A DNA stretch of 64,000 nucleotides. Source: Selaginella moellendorffii. Its lineage: Eukaryota > Plantae > Lycopodiophyta. Each line of letters opens with the position of its first letter. Position 1 is the stretch's first letter. The notes beneath the pieces are model-generated. The model was not told the DNA's origin and did not search any database. It saw nothing but the letters and a program-made list of their open reading frames with translations. The stretch lies in the NCBI RefSeq assembly GCF_000143415.4, contig NW_003314274.1, forward strand, positions 1,763,767 through 1,827,766, given 5' to 3'. Made by a program: the position numbers and the translations under genes. Shown here piece after piece: positions 1-13,374 of this stretch.

Positions 1-179
1 ATACTCAGCTATGTTAAGTTTTATAGAGCTTTCAATAGCTCATTTATTGATGACTTCCCATGGACTCACGGTGTGTAATGGTGTGTAACTTATGGGCGGC
101 ATCACGATTGTGAGATGAGCTACTTGTATTTCTGGGTCAATGAAGGTGATCTAACAAGTGCAAAAACCATGATACAAGA

Positions 180-480
180 GCTGACATAGCTACCAATGAA
201 GATTGTCACAATCCAAAGCTGCATTAGTGGTATCACTTGTTTCTACATGAATTATCTACTGGACATGTGAGCTTGGGGCATTCACAGGTTGAAAGATAAT
301 GGGGAATGGGTTACTATTTGAAAAATGGTACCACTGGAGTTCCCAATATTTTTGTTAGCATCCGTGGACAGGCATCGTAGATCAAGCCAAAGAGAAAGTT
401 TGATTTAAATTGGATTGTGGTGTAGGGAGTGATAGATCAAGGCAAAGAGAAGAGCTTGATCCAAATTGGATTGTAATGCT
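180..480 (+). pseudogene. Decayed relic of a receptor-kinase C-terminal region, with an internal ~55-bp duplication
   Basis: Exact matches to the end of the kinase at 18.7 kb: GTGATAGATCAAGGCA (429-444 = 18696-18711) and TTGATCCAAATTGGATTGT (456-474 = 18744-18762). No ORF remains. Confidence 0.5.
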
Positions 481-593
481 CGAGGATAGCAAATATAAAC
501 CTATAGTTCTTATCAATAGGATTTATGTTTTTCACCTTAGGTTTAACTATAAGAACCAATGCAGGGGTTTTAACTAGGGCTTTAGTTTCAGGA

Positions 594-2156
594 ATGGAGA
601 GCATTGCCGCTGGCGGTGCGTGCTCGCTGTCTCAACACGATCCCTGCTGCGCGACTGCCAGTCCCAATACGGCCGCTCCATCCTGCGCTCGGCCGATCGT
701 CCAAGCAGGCAAGCAGCAGCAGCAGCGATTCTTCCCATGGCGGGGCGCGATCCGGAGTGGAAGGCGTCCGTGTGGCAATGGTGGGGCGGGGCTAACCTAC
801 AAGGATGCCGGCGTTGATATTGATGCTGGAGCGGAGCTCGTGAGGAGGATTGCCGCCATGGCGCCTGGAATTGGAGGCTTTGGAGGATTGTACCCGTTTG
901 GTACGTATGTTTGGTATGCTTTGCCTTGTATCTATCCATAAGTTTTGGGTTTTGGATGCTTTTTTCTTTCTTCCCAGGAGACTCCTATCTCGTAGCTGGA
1001 ACTGATGGAGTCGGGACGAAGTTAAAACTTGCATTTGAGATGAGCAAGCACGATACCATCGGGATCGACCTGGTAGGCAGATTTTCCTTGGGAAGGATCT
1101 ATAGCTGGTTTTTCTAAAGGTTGCGATGAGTGTAAACGACATTGTTACTTCTGGAGCCAAGCCGATGTTCTTTCTGGATTATTTTGCGACAAGCCATTTG
1201 GATGTGGACATTGCGGAACAGGTAATTGTTAGTGCTTTTTTGAGTGGACTGGAATAATCTTTCGTTTTTGAATAGGTGATCAAGGGAATCGTTGAAGGTT
1301 GTCGTCAATCTGATTGCGCACTACTGGGTGGAGAGGTACGATTGGCATGTATGAAAAGCTTCTTACACGTTTTTCTTAGACAGCAGAAATGCCAGATTTC
1401 TATGCACCGGGAGAGTATGATCTGAGTGGCTTTGCCGTCGGCAGTGTCAAAAAGGATGCGGTGATTGATGGAAGTAGGATAGCTGCTGGAGATGCTGTGG
1501 TCGGGCTTCCATCTACCGGAGTGCACTCGAACGGATTCTCTCTCGTTCGGAAGTACGTACAGTGTGTCATTGATCTTCAAACTTCTAGTTTTTAATTTCG
1601 TTTCAACTTTTCTTGCAGAATACTTGCTAAAAGCGGTCGTTCATTGTCAGATGAACTACCTGGAGCAGGACACAGTCCATTGACGATAGGACATGCTCTA
1701 CTCGCTCCAACAAAAATATATGTGGAACAGGTTAGAGATTTTCTTACATTTGTTGCATGTCTCTTATTCGTTTGTTGCTCAGGTTTTGGATATCATTGCG
1801 AAGGGTGGTGTCAAGGGCATTGCTCATATCACTGGCGGCGGATTTACGGACAACATTCCAAGAGTGTTTCCAGAGGGTCTAGCTGCGGAGGTTAGAGTTG
1901 GTTCTTGGACTGTTCCACCAATCTTCAAGTGGCTTAAAGAGGTGAAATCATCCTTGTTAGTTGTATACTTTACTTGACGCTCTTTTTTCGATAGGCTGGA
2001 AATGTGGAGGAAGCTGAAATGTTTCGCACTTTCAACATGGGAATAGGAATGGTTTTGATTATGGAACAAATGGCCGCGGAGCAAATTCTCAAAGGAGATG
2101 AGCCCGCATTTCTGTTAGGCCAAGTGATAAACGGCGAAGGAGTCGTCTACAAGTGA
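594..2156 (+). CDS. PUR5/purM: Phosphoribosylformylglycinamidine cyclo-ligase (AIR synthase), plastid-targeted, multi-exon
   Basis: Motifs [72 protein letters not shown] introns of 44-80 nt. N-terminal transit-like extension. Confidence 0.95.
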
Positions 2157-2244
2157 CATGGAAGTCTTGGCTAAGCCTCTAAATATCGAGGTTCGATATA
2201 TGATTTTCCATCAACTAAAGTGTGTGCTTAATGAGAACCTAGCT

Positions 2245-3768
2245 ATGGCTACCTGCGCGTCCGTCCTGAGGGCGCTCAGCACTGGTGCGGTAAACGAAAG
2301 TAGCAGTCTAGTCCAGTGTAGAGGCCCCCATCTGGTGCAAAGTACTCTTTTGTGTTCTCAAAGTAAGGTGAGACGAGCGAGCAGAGTGTATGCGAAGTTT
2401 GAGCGCTTCGAGGGCGGACGGGAACAGGCTGTTGTTGTGAATAAGCATGAAGCAGAAGCCGAAGAGCAGGAAAATCCTGATGAAGACGTGGAAGATACCA
2501 GTGATAGGTTCGTGTCTCTGGTTTTAGATTCTTTGTTGTGGCCTTACCGGGTTTTTTTTTCGCTTCACTTTGTTAGTGTGTTCCCAGCTGACTTGGAAGG
2601 TGCTATTGAGCAGTCTGCCGAATCCACATCGCAATTCCTCTCAGCCGGAGGGAAAAGAGCTCTCGTAAGATATTTCCTTTTGATAGTTTTTTGCAGTAGG
2701 AGTGATGGTTTTCTTGGGGATAGGTGGAGCTCTCCCTCATGGAGCTGGAGAACTTTGACACTGATGGCGCACAGCAGCAGCTCTGGGACTGCTCGAGGCT
2801 GTTTGTGAAGTCGGTGCAGAAGCGTTTCCAAAACCAGGTACGACTTTTGACGACTCTTTGTTTGGATCAAACGTGTTCGCAGCTCGTGTGCAGAAAATAA
2901 AAGCTATCTTTCCTGACATGGGGGCCGCTGCGTATGTGAAGTTCCAGTGGAAGGATGAAACCATCAAGTATGGAAGGTAGAGCACCATGTTTCTGACTTT
3001 TTGGCAATGGACTGACTAGTTCGTAACTCTGGCTGCAGTCTAAATGATCGAAAACCTGTGACGGATGACGATGACATCATAATGCTGATTGCTCCCGATC
3101 ATCAAATGCTGGATCAAGTTCAAAAGATTGCGTACTCCCTTCTGGACGATGACGATATGGTAACGTTTTCTTTATTGTTTTCCCGCATTGCAATCTCGGC
3201 AAGCCAACAGATCTTTGTTTGATGCCAGCAAGAGAAGCCATTGATAATGTGGAACCCCCAGCTTTTCAGCGGCGACGTTGGTATTGGCCTAAACGTTCGT
3301 AGAGTTCGCAACGAATTTTTAAGGTACAGAAAAAGAAAATGGAGAAAGATATTTTGGAACATCTTTGCAGAACCTTTACAACTGTGTACTCGCTAAAGCC
3401 TTTGCCTACTGGCGCCATTTTTAAGAGATACCCCGGGTATGATTTGCTGCCTCTCTCTTCTTTTTCTGTGCTTAAGCTATCAAGCTGGTGTGCAGGCTTT
3501 GGAAAATCTTTCTGGACGATAAACAACGACCCGGCCGCTACTTGTTCGCAAGGGAGCAAGCTAGCAAGCCAGACGCTGAAGACCTGGAGGTTTGTAAACT
3601 TTTAAAGCTTTTCTACGCAGTTCCAGCAAGACTTAAGCGTGTTCTTTGTAGGCCATCCTACTCCAAGGCTCAGCCCCGGGAGACGAACCGCAAGTACCAT
3701 CGTTTCTCGCCAACGCAATGGCAACCATGTCATATCTCGGTCGATTCATGAGATCGCTTTCCCAGTGA
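2245..3768 (+). CDS. Chloroplast DUF1995 family protein (LPA3-like paralog), multi-exon
   Basis: Transit-like N-terminus, then PADLEGAIEQSAE, IKAIFPDMGAAA, LIMWNPQLFSGDVGIGLNVRR, FTTVYSLKPLPTGAIFKRYPG. Ends GRFMRSLSQ*. Confidence 0.85.
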
Positions 3769-3993
3769 ACAAACATACATACATGCATACATCGAGGTAA
3801 GTACTTTCTTCTACTCAGTGTCCTTCCCCTACACCTATGGGAGAGGAAAATAAAAAGAAAGGTAGTGGTGCTGACTCTTGCAGAGTACTGGTAATGGTAC
3901 AAGGTTTTTTTGTTTCTTCCTAGTTAGCTCCATCTCTTAGCTCTTCCTAAAGTCAATGCCAGAGGAACTAACAGCACTAGTGTGTTGTGTTTG

Positions 3994-4909
3994 TCAAAAT
4001 CCAGCGTAGCAGCTGCATCGATTTGGCAGGAGGATTTGCTGCTGCGGCTGCGGCTGCTGCTGCTGCTGCTGCTCCGGTTTGTTCTCGGCATCGCTACCTT
4101 GCTGGCGAAGATCCGTGGAGCTGTCGTCACTGTCGAGGAGGCGATGGACGCCGCAGCAAGTGGCCAGGACGAGCGCCGAGCAGCAGACTACTTCTCGCTC
4201 CAGATGCGAGCAGTAGCTCTCGAACATTGTCACTGTTACTTGGAGGCGAAAGTCGAGACGAAAGAGGAACTGTAGCTCCAGGCGATTCATCTCCAGCGTG
4301 CTCACTCCCCCGACTTTGGCGTAGTACGCATTGTTATAGTACCTGAAGCAAGAGCCACAAACTTTTCAGCCAAGAATCGCAAAAGCATTGATCGAAGAAC
4401 CAAAAGTTCCAGAAAAGCTCAAGAAACCCAAAAATCACCTACTAGAGAGGAGGAAAGAGAGCTTACGCATCATCAAGGAACTTTGCGGCCACCATGACGC
4501 TGGTGATGAGGAGGCGATGGACGTTGAGCGAGGTGATTGGAACATCCGGCTGCTGGTGGATGAATCGATCCATGTACGCATAGGCGACGACGAAGCACGC
4601 AGGGCTACAGTTGGCGTACTTGAAAATCCTCTCCAGGTACTTCTCGATGCTGATGGAGGGCGCCCTCAATCCATGGAAAACCGTGAGCTTGGTCGCCCCC
4701 CCGCCCAAATGCCTGTGGTTGCGCGCCACCACTCTCTCGAGCAGCGATGCCAGGACGGAGATCACAGTCGGGGGCCGATTCTCCATCGCTCGCCCGCTCA
4801 GGGAAGAAGGGGAAGAAAAGGAAGAAGAAGTAGACCCTGACGATAGCAATGTCGTTGTTCTCGCCGTGGGTCGGCTCCCCAGCTCGCGATCACACACCAC
4901 ATCCACCAT
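3994..4909 (-). CDS. CYCU: U/P-type cyclin (PHO80-like CYCU), two exons, with a C-terminal poly-Gln tract
   Basis: [84 protein letters not shown] repeat at ~4037-4074. Confidence 0.92.
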
Positions 4910-7629
4910 CTCTCAGCTAGAATCCCTCCTTTGCTGCGCTGCTTCTCTCTCGGACTCAAGCAGAGTGCTCACAGCGAGCTCGGGCGAGCCAGAGAAGGCG
5001 AGAAATGTGGATGGAGCTCTCGCTCGCGATCGCCCATCACATTGCCACTCCCGGGGAGAGACGAGATGGAGGAACTCTCGCCCACGCGCTCTCCGCGAGC
5101 TCAAGGAGAGCCAAGAAAACCCAGTGAGAGAAGGCCGAAAGAGGAAGAAAGTGACATTGGAACGAGGGGAGTTTTTAAAAAAGACAGCTCAAGCCTAACT
5201 GGTGGCCAGCCACCGACACGTCGGCGTGCGGGGTCGGTACGAACCGGGTTACGCCTCCGTACGAACCACAAATCTCCTTTTTCCAACTCATTTTCGATTT
5301 TTTTTTCTTTCTTTTCTCTATAATCTCGTTGTTGTGGAATGCTGGGCTGGATCCTGTGGTTGCTGACTTACGGCAGAAATTGGCATCCTTGCAAAATAAA
5401 TTCATGATTGGTCATGCAGAAGCTTCAGAGCATCTTCACATCTTGTTTTGTCATGGCTTGATGTTCTTCTTAGAGAAATAAAATACAAGAAAGATCAAGC
5501 TCTTGTGGTGGTTATGTGTCCATGGACAAAACCAGGGAATCTCTGCCAAAACACACTGCTGCTGATAGACATTGATGTGCCAGAAAAACCCAATATGCAC
5601 GTTTTCTCCATTCCATATATATAGCTTATTAATACTATAAGTGTTTAGTTTCCATATTACCTTTAAATTTATTAATTGAGACGATTCATGCTTGGATTTG
5701 CAATAGAATATTATTTTGTGAAATTTTCATTTAGATATCTGACAGATCCTATTAGAAAAAAATCAAAATATAATAGAAAACTTTATCATTAAGATAAAAA
5801 AATTAATCTGCAATACAAAGATTTGAAATTATGGAGAATAATGGATGGATAATATTTTAAAAATAATTTAATATATCTAATACACTGTGTTTCTGGTTGG
5901 TGTAAGAAATATATCAAAAATATTCTTATATATTCTAGAATATTTTTGAGCTCTCTAATTTGTTTGTAATCAATATTTAATGTTAATACCTTTGTTATAA
6001 TAGACTCCAGCATCAGCCCTAATAAGGAGTGTTGCACACTGGTGATTCCATAGAAGCACCTTGAGATTGAAGATTGCTTATATTCTAGTCTATCATAGAA
6101 GAGCTGATGAAATGATGTAAACTACCATGACTTGATTGCAAGGTACTAATGATGGAAGAATTACCCTTCTAAGTTAGGGTGGAGAAACTAAATGGAATCT
6201 TTCATGGGGTGTTCATCAATCTTCACTTGCTGGACATTTCTCTTATTTATGCTAAAGTATCATTAACATAAAGAGCAATAAGCACAAAGGAGGCCTTTTA
6301 AAATAAAGATTTGAATCTGTATCTTCAACCACTTCAAAAGTATACTCTATATCTTTTAAATGAAGGATGACCAAGCCTAAAATGCTATAAATTATAAATA
6401 CTAGAAGTAGTGATTGCAGACTAACTTGTGAAATATCAAGGATATAAAGGTGATTTTGTCATGGAGTATATGACAAAAGATGACCATGTAAAGTAAAAGA
6501 GCATCCACAAGAATCAAAAGTTGGTAAATTACCCATATTACAATATGAGTAATAAACAAAAGATTAGTGTAAAGTGATGGAACATGAAAAATGCTTTTGA
6601 CAAAATGAGTCACCTTCTGCTATGTGGCATCAGAGGCAATGATAAGAGTAAAAGAAGAATTAATAATTGACAAAGTGCTAATAACATAAGCATAATTGTG
6701 TTTAAAATCCTCAATAATAAGAGGATGAATCATTGAGAGTAGCATATGTCTGTTATTGTTTTCCATTAAGACTAGTAGTCATATAACTTGAGGAAGTTGT
6801 CATAGATAAGGATAATATGAAAAACTGAATGAATATAATCTGGACACTAACAACAAATTTGGGAAGCATGTCTAGAATAATGACAAAACCCAAAAGATTA
6901 ATAACAAAAGTATGCTATATGACGAGATTGACCAGCAACCACTGTTAGAATGACCATAGGAATAAAATGAATCTTGTGTAAAAGAGAGTTGCTTATTTGA
7001 AATATAAGCACTAGTAGAAAGTGATTGAGAGTAAAGTGCTAGAGTAGAAATGTTGAAGGAAGATACTAAAGAAAATGGTCATAAATGGGAGTAAGAGCAA
7101 TCTTAAAAGTACACTAATCATTTATCATAACCATGATAGTAACCACATTAAAATACTCTAAAGGAAGAATATTCAAAAACTGAAGTGATCTTTTAGGGTA
7201 AAAATCATGCCTATTTGCTTTAAAAGATCCTTAAAATGTTTAATATGTCACTCAAGATCAATGTCAAAAATATATTTGAGGGATTTAAATTGCTCTTTCA
7301 AATAAAGAATCTCTGTATCAATCTTCTAACTAAAAGATCATGAAGATATGACTAAATAATAGTAGCAGAAGGATGGGATAAAACATTAATATAGATATTA
7401 TTCTGAAGAGTCAACAATAAAGTAGAACAAACATAAATATCTTTCTTGAGCTTTCCCATATTTAGAAATGCTTTGTACAAAAGCGACCATCATAAGTCAC
7501 TAAGTCTGTTGGCCATGTTGATTGTTTACCACATAATCAGTATTAAGCATTGACCACACAAACAAAGATACAATAAAACCCACTCCAACAATAACAACAG
7601 TCTATCAATATAAATAAAATAATTAATAA

Positions 7630-8060
7630 ATGAGCTTAAAAAAATCAAGAGAGCTCAACAAAACCTATGTTTTAACAAAAGAGCTTAATAAAATCAACAT
7701 TCCAACAATGAAGCTCAACAAAATTAATATATCGATAATCCTTTATATCAAACCATATAAGAGTAGCTAACTAAAGAGCTCAACAAAATTGACATTCTGA
7801 CAAGGAAGCTCAACAAAATTGATATTCCAACAAGGAAGCTTAACAAAATCAAAATGTTAACAATCCTTTACATAAAAAAAAAACCATACGTTAGTAGCTG
7901 ACAAAAGCGATCAACAAAATCAACAATCTAACAATTACTTTAACGATATTGATCAACAAAAATTTTGACAAATTGACAGTCTAACAATCTTTGGCAACAA
8001 TTCTTTTTAATAATCTATTTCAATAATCCATTCTGATAATCCTTTTTGACAATCCTTGTT
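7630..8060. repeat. Degenerate ~30-bp tandem repeats (GAAGCTCAACAAAATTGACATTCCAACAAG-like)
   Basis: Imperfect units visible at ~7651, 7681, 7711, 7776, 7806 and 7836. They lie downstream, on the minus strand, of a PBS-like site. Confidence 0.6.
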
Positions 8061-8367
8061 AACAGAACAATAATGCTCTTCAATACCAAACAATACTCGA
8101 AATGTGGTATATATGTTCTTAATCATCAAAATTGAGGATAATTTAGCCCTACACAAAAGCTACATGTTCCAAGATATTCAAATTAGAGATGTGAAAGAAT
8201 TCAGAAAATTCCCACAACTAATGTAGTCATTTGGACAAACAGAATGATTGAAAATAGTATAAACCTATGTACTTCTAAAAATCATAATCATGGCTTTGGG
8301 TATAAACTCTTTATCTAAAGACTCCAAAGACTCTTATGCTGCTCTGTAACAGGTTGATTGGATCACT

Positions 8368-8941
8368 GCTATGATACCATGTTATCTTGATTGAATCCCT
8401 AATGCACAATCCTTAATTGATGTGGACTTATATATATATATATACATATATAAGGAAAACATGTCCAGATATAAAATAGATCCTTATATAGACTAACACT
8501 ATGTTCTGGTGGCCGTGCCCCAAAGATCCAAGGCTTATGCCTTCTCACCAACCTTGTCGCTGCAACCAGCATTGTCACTCTCCAAATATCCTATCCACAT
8601 ATGTGAGCCAGCAATCCACTCCTCATTCCTCATCCATGAAGTTACATGGCCCAAAAAAGTAGGCAAGGATCATTGAGGCTACATACTTCTCATAAACATG
8701 CCAATAAGACAAAAAAGATTAAGCTCTTTGATCAGCACTGGATTACTTTGAGTGCTTTGAGCAATATGGTTCTCTCCTCGAGGCTCTCGTCCATGAAAGC
8801 TGGAGGGTATGGAGGCATCAAGTGTACATAGATAAGGTTGATCTCAGAATAAGAACCTTTACTTTATTATCATCTACCTTTCTGTAGAAATCCTCAAAAA
8901 ATTTGCAAAAATAATAAGAGTTATATGTAAGACATAAGACA
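8368..8941 (-). mobile_element. Degenerate LTR-retrotransposon LTR with a tRNA-Met PBS
   Basis: Minus strand reads ...GATAACA|TGGTATCATAGC, i.e. LTR-end CA plus a PBS one mismatch from TGGTATCAGAGC, at 8368-8386. TA-rich box at ~8428-8452. The far boundary is a guess. Confidence 0.45.
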
Positions 8942-9159
8942 GGAACTTCAACTAATAGTTCATATGAACCTTTATGGTCTTAATATATATTTATTAACGA
9001 TTTAGCAAGTCCCCAGTTATTTTTCACCTGGGTAGCATTATGCACGAGGTTTTGATATTCAGGAAAGTCCTCAACTTTTGGCAAATTTCTTAAGATTAAA
9101 TTGGTGTAACGATAGGAATGCAAACTTGGTTTGATGAAAATGCACAAGCATGTTTAGCT

Positions 9160-9720
9160 TAATTTAGTGTTGCCATTTCTTTTCTGGCCTCCAATACTTT
9201 TCTCGCCTACCAAAGAGAAAAATCACAAAAGCTTTCAAGAACACGCAACATTGCACAAACCTTCTAGAGGATGATTATCCATCCATTCCTCTTCTGGTGT
9301 CTTCCAGGTGACGGGAGCAAAGTCCACCAGCATCTGCTCGCAACTTTCGAGAGCCATCATCATATCTGTCTCACCTAAACAACAAGAGCGCTTTCAAATT
9401 ATGAAGGATCTACAGAGAGAAGTGACTGACTACAAACTCTTGTAGTTCGATTTCCCCATTTCCTCCAGCATCTCAGCAATGGGCACGAGCTCCAATTCCC
9501 TGCCCTTGCTCGTTGTAACCGCTTCTTGGTATTGCCCAAGCTGAGGAGCCACCACAACTCCAACAAGAAATCAAGAAAAACAGGAGCTCCCAGCTCAGTG
9601 ACAGCTGAACACGGCATCATCACCCCCTGGCCAACTACGACGCCCACTGTGACCAAATATTTCCAGCTGCAAAGCCATCGCTTCACAGCCATGAAGGTGG
9701 CAAAGCTTAGATTATATAAA
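9160..9720 (-). pseudogene. Disrupted multi-exon gene of unknown family, copy 1 of a local duplication
   Basis: Encodes FLVGVVVAPQLGQYQEAVTTSKGRELELVPIAEMLEE and DMMMALESCEQMLVDFAPVTWKTPEEEWMDNHPLE. In-frame stops upstream. Homologous to 11020-11660. Confidence 0.55.
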
Positions 9721-11019
9721 TTGCCTGGAACTAAAGACGCTGATCATGGTGGCATTGTCGGCTTGGCCGCCTCTGCTGTTGTTGGACGATGGCACAACAC
9801 ACCCGAGCACTGTCCAACAGGTTCCATTCGGCCTGATGAGAGTCGCCATCCCCATGCGGCTTTCAATCCCCGGCGGCTGAGACAATCTGCGAGAGCCGAG
9901 ATGCACCGAGCCGATCATGCTCCCCACCTTTTCTTGCAGAAGAGGTGCGTACGTGACCTTCGGCGGTTTTAAACACCAGCCTATAGTCATGTTCCTTCTT
10001 GTTCTGGTACAAGTCCTCCTTCATGGCGTTACTTCTAGCCACATCCATCCGATGGCGATGATCGAGTTCCTGCTCCCTGGCTACCATTCGGGCAAACGCT
10101 TTGCCCACTTTCGTTTTGTGGAATGTGTCCGTCTCGCTGCGATGGCGCTTGCCAGTGATGACAAGAAGAGGCCGTCGCCCAGCTGTGCGTGATTTGGCTG
10201 CAAGGAGAGCAACGAGGTGATCTGATCCAGGGACATGACCGGGTTCCTTGAGCAGGGCCAAGTCAGCGGCACGGCGGGTCCAGCCCCCAGTGCGCTGCAA
10301 TGCCATCCAGCATGACGTGGCCTCCATGCTTTCAGTTTCTTTCTTTTTTTTAGTTAAAATTTCCACTTAACTTTTGTTAGCGGCACCATGCGCCCGCGTA
10401 CAGAAATCATACGAATGTTGCTGTGAGGTAAGAACTTTCTTCTCTTCTCTCTGGCGTTCTTTGGAGATTCTTATGGTTTTTTTTTTAATGTTCTTCTAGA
10501 GTTTCTGCACACAATGCTACAGACGGTAAAGCCAGTGTGGGCATTTCGACTCTCCCTTGGGATCGCCCAGTGCTGGGGACTGTGCCTCGTGCGTTGGTAA
10601 TACTTTGCTTGTTTCGCAACACGTTTGTTTCACAAACTAGATCTATCTCGTGGTCACAGCGTCAATGCTAGTTCTACGCTACATTGTTGATTCCGGCTAA
10701 ACTCCTGTAAGTCCAATTCGGATCTTGTTGCTTAAGCTGTCAGGATAGTGCTGGGAGCTTTCCAGGCCTCTTCTGGTTTCATTACGAACTCATAAGTGGT
10801 GATCAAACAGGTGCAGTGATCAATTTCGAGGCTACCGGACCTGGTATGATTTTTGTGCCGGGCAGTTGAGCAGCCAAGATTCAGAAAGCTTCAAGAGGTA
10901 AACAAAATAAATACTTAGCTTTAATCTTTCTCAAGACATCAATGGTGTTCTTATTTCTAAAGCGCACACCAGAAAACTAATTATCTCACTCCACAACAAT
11001 TTCTCATCCATAAACTGTC

Positions 11020-11660
11020 TGCCAATACTTTTCTCGCCTCCAACTCTTCTGTCGCCTTCAAGTCTTGTCTCTCGACTTCAACTCTTGGCTCGACAGCAAC
11101 TTCCCTCTGGGAGCTTTCCCAGCTCTCAACAGTCTAGTCTTTATAGACTTTCCAGCCTCGGCAAACTCTGTACCATATTCAGAAAAACATTCAAGAACAG
11201 GTAAAACGAAGACGCATTGCACAAACCTTCCAGGGGATGAGTATCCATCCACTCTTCCTCCGGCAGCTTCCAGGAGACGGGAGCAAACTCCAGCAGCATC
11301 TGCTGGTGGCTTTTGAGAGCCATAATCATATCCGTCTCATCTAAAATACAAGTGCTTGCAAATTACCAAAAGAGCAATAATTACGAACTCACTCTTGTAG
11401 TCTGATGTCTGCAGTTCCTCCAGCACTTGTGCAATGGGCGTGAGCTCCAATTCCCTGCCCTTGCTCGTCGTCACCCTTCCTTCTTGGTAGAGCCCAAGCT
11501 GAGGAGCCACCACAACTCCAACAAGATATCCAGTTGATTTAAAATTGGCATCATACGACACCCATGATGAGATCCGGCCACACTGAGTAGCTGCTCACTG
11601 TGACTAAATATTTCGAGTCACAACACCATTTCTCCACACACATGCAGGTGGTGAAACTTA
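11020..11660 (-). pseudogene. Disrupted multi-exon gene of unknown family, copy 2 of a local duplication
   Basis: Encodes YLVGVVVAPQLGLYQEGRVTTSKGRELELTPIAQVLEE and DMIMALKSHQQMLLEFAPVSWKLPEEEWMDTHPLE. Same apparent intron positions as copy 1, with frameshifts and stops. Confidence 0.55.
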
Positions 11661-13374
11661 ATTGAGGGAGCCATCAACTGGCACGCCACCAAATCGTTGT
11701 AAGTAGCACTGATTCTGCATTCGAACCACGGAGCATCACCACATGCACTATATTGCAGTTAGGATAGATTTATCACTTAAATATTTTTCTCGTGTCATAT
11801 TCCATTTCCACCAATAAAATATAAACTTCTGTAACAATAACAAAGTGAGCTCTATAAAGGATGAAGTACTTGTGGGAATTATGCAAACAACTAGATGCTT
11901 TGCAAGATGACCTTTGTCCTATGTAGTGTATTTAACTTGGAGGCACAATAACTATTGACTCTTTTAAATCCTTGATCTTGCCAACATATTGAATGCATTT
12001 GTGGACATGGAAGAGCTGAGTGAGGGGGCAACTTCCAGGAGTATAGCCTCCACGAATTCATTCTATCTGCTTTAGTTGTTGTTATTGATATATCAAAGCT
12101 TCCAATTTACTCACTAGTTGCTACTCATGGCAATTGTCTCTATAGTAGAGGCAAGCTAAGTATATATGGAAGCCAGCTTTTGGAAGACTTCATCACCGAT
12201 ATATAAAGAACAACACTTAGGAAAAAACATTTATTATCTTCACTTCTAATATTGTGATCATTTTGGCTTTGACACTTATGAATATTTGAGACTTTGCACC
12301 TTGTAACACTTTGAAAAATATTTGGACCTCACACTCACATTTCTAAGCTCTCGTTATCAACATTGTTTGTTACTACTGCTCTCTATAGACACAATGGACA
12401 AGCCGTTCATCATGGTCTACCTCATCAAACTCTGTGATTCCAATGCTATCTAGGAGTTCCTTGTCCACCAGACAAATCCTTTACTCCTCCAGGCCACAAA
12501 GAGTGCACAAACCCTTGTAAATTACACACAAATGCCATTTGAATCAAATGGCTTCAAGCATAGCAAGGACTCAACAATCTCTCCAAGTTTCTATGCATTG
12601 CTCTTACAACCTATACTTCCACAAGCACATTGGCACCCTTGTGAGGGATGGGAACCCAAGCATTTCCCCCTAAAAGCCTCAATTCCTTTATGCACGAGGC
12701 CCATCTACACGTGGTAATAGCATGTGTTGAACTCTTTTAAATGTTGTTGGCTTAGGCTGATTCAGATTTTTCTAAAAACTGCTTTAATGAGATCTTGCTT
12801 TGTCTTGAGAGATATACATACTGTGTTCTTCCTAAAATGATTTACCAGTGCTTTGGCAATCATCTACTTATGCCTTGTTCCCACTTCCATTTTACCCTTA
12901 CAATGGCACTTGCCCAACACTCCCACTGTCCAGCCAACCTAAACACAATTCCTGTACATAAATTGATGTCATTTTTTGCTGAGTTGGCCCACTGGATATA
13001 ACCTGAGGGTCAGATTTATGCCCTGGTAGGAGAATTTATCTAAGAGTCCTTGTTTGTGAAGTCCAAAGCAACATCCCCACAATGAATAAATGATCCAAAA
13101 TCTAATCTAGGAGACTGTGAAAAGTAGTAGTAGTAGCAAATTTGCATGGCAAGGTGGATCTTTGTCATGCATCACACCCCTGGTGAAGGTTCAACTCTAA
13201 TTTCAGTTCTGTTAAATTATGTTTTATAATTACAAATTCTACAAAAAATTATAAAAACGAATTTGTCATACAATAATTTATTATATGTGTATAATTTGTC
13301 TTGGTATAATTTTAGTTAAGGTATCAAAACAAAGTATCAGTGGTTAAAAGTATACATGCAACAATTCTTGGTTT

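Noticed and set aside
7630-8060. ~30-bp repeats superficially like a CRISPR array
   Set aside because: Units are degenerate and mostly abut without unique spacers. There are no cas genes and the context is a eukaryotic retroelement.
9863-10366. Possible PPR remnant (DQITSLLSL..HAQLGDG) between the duplicated pseudogenes
   Set aside because: Similarity is too weak and fragmentary to call without a search.
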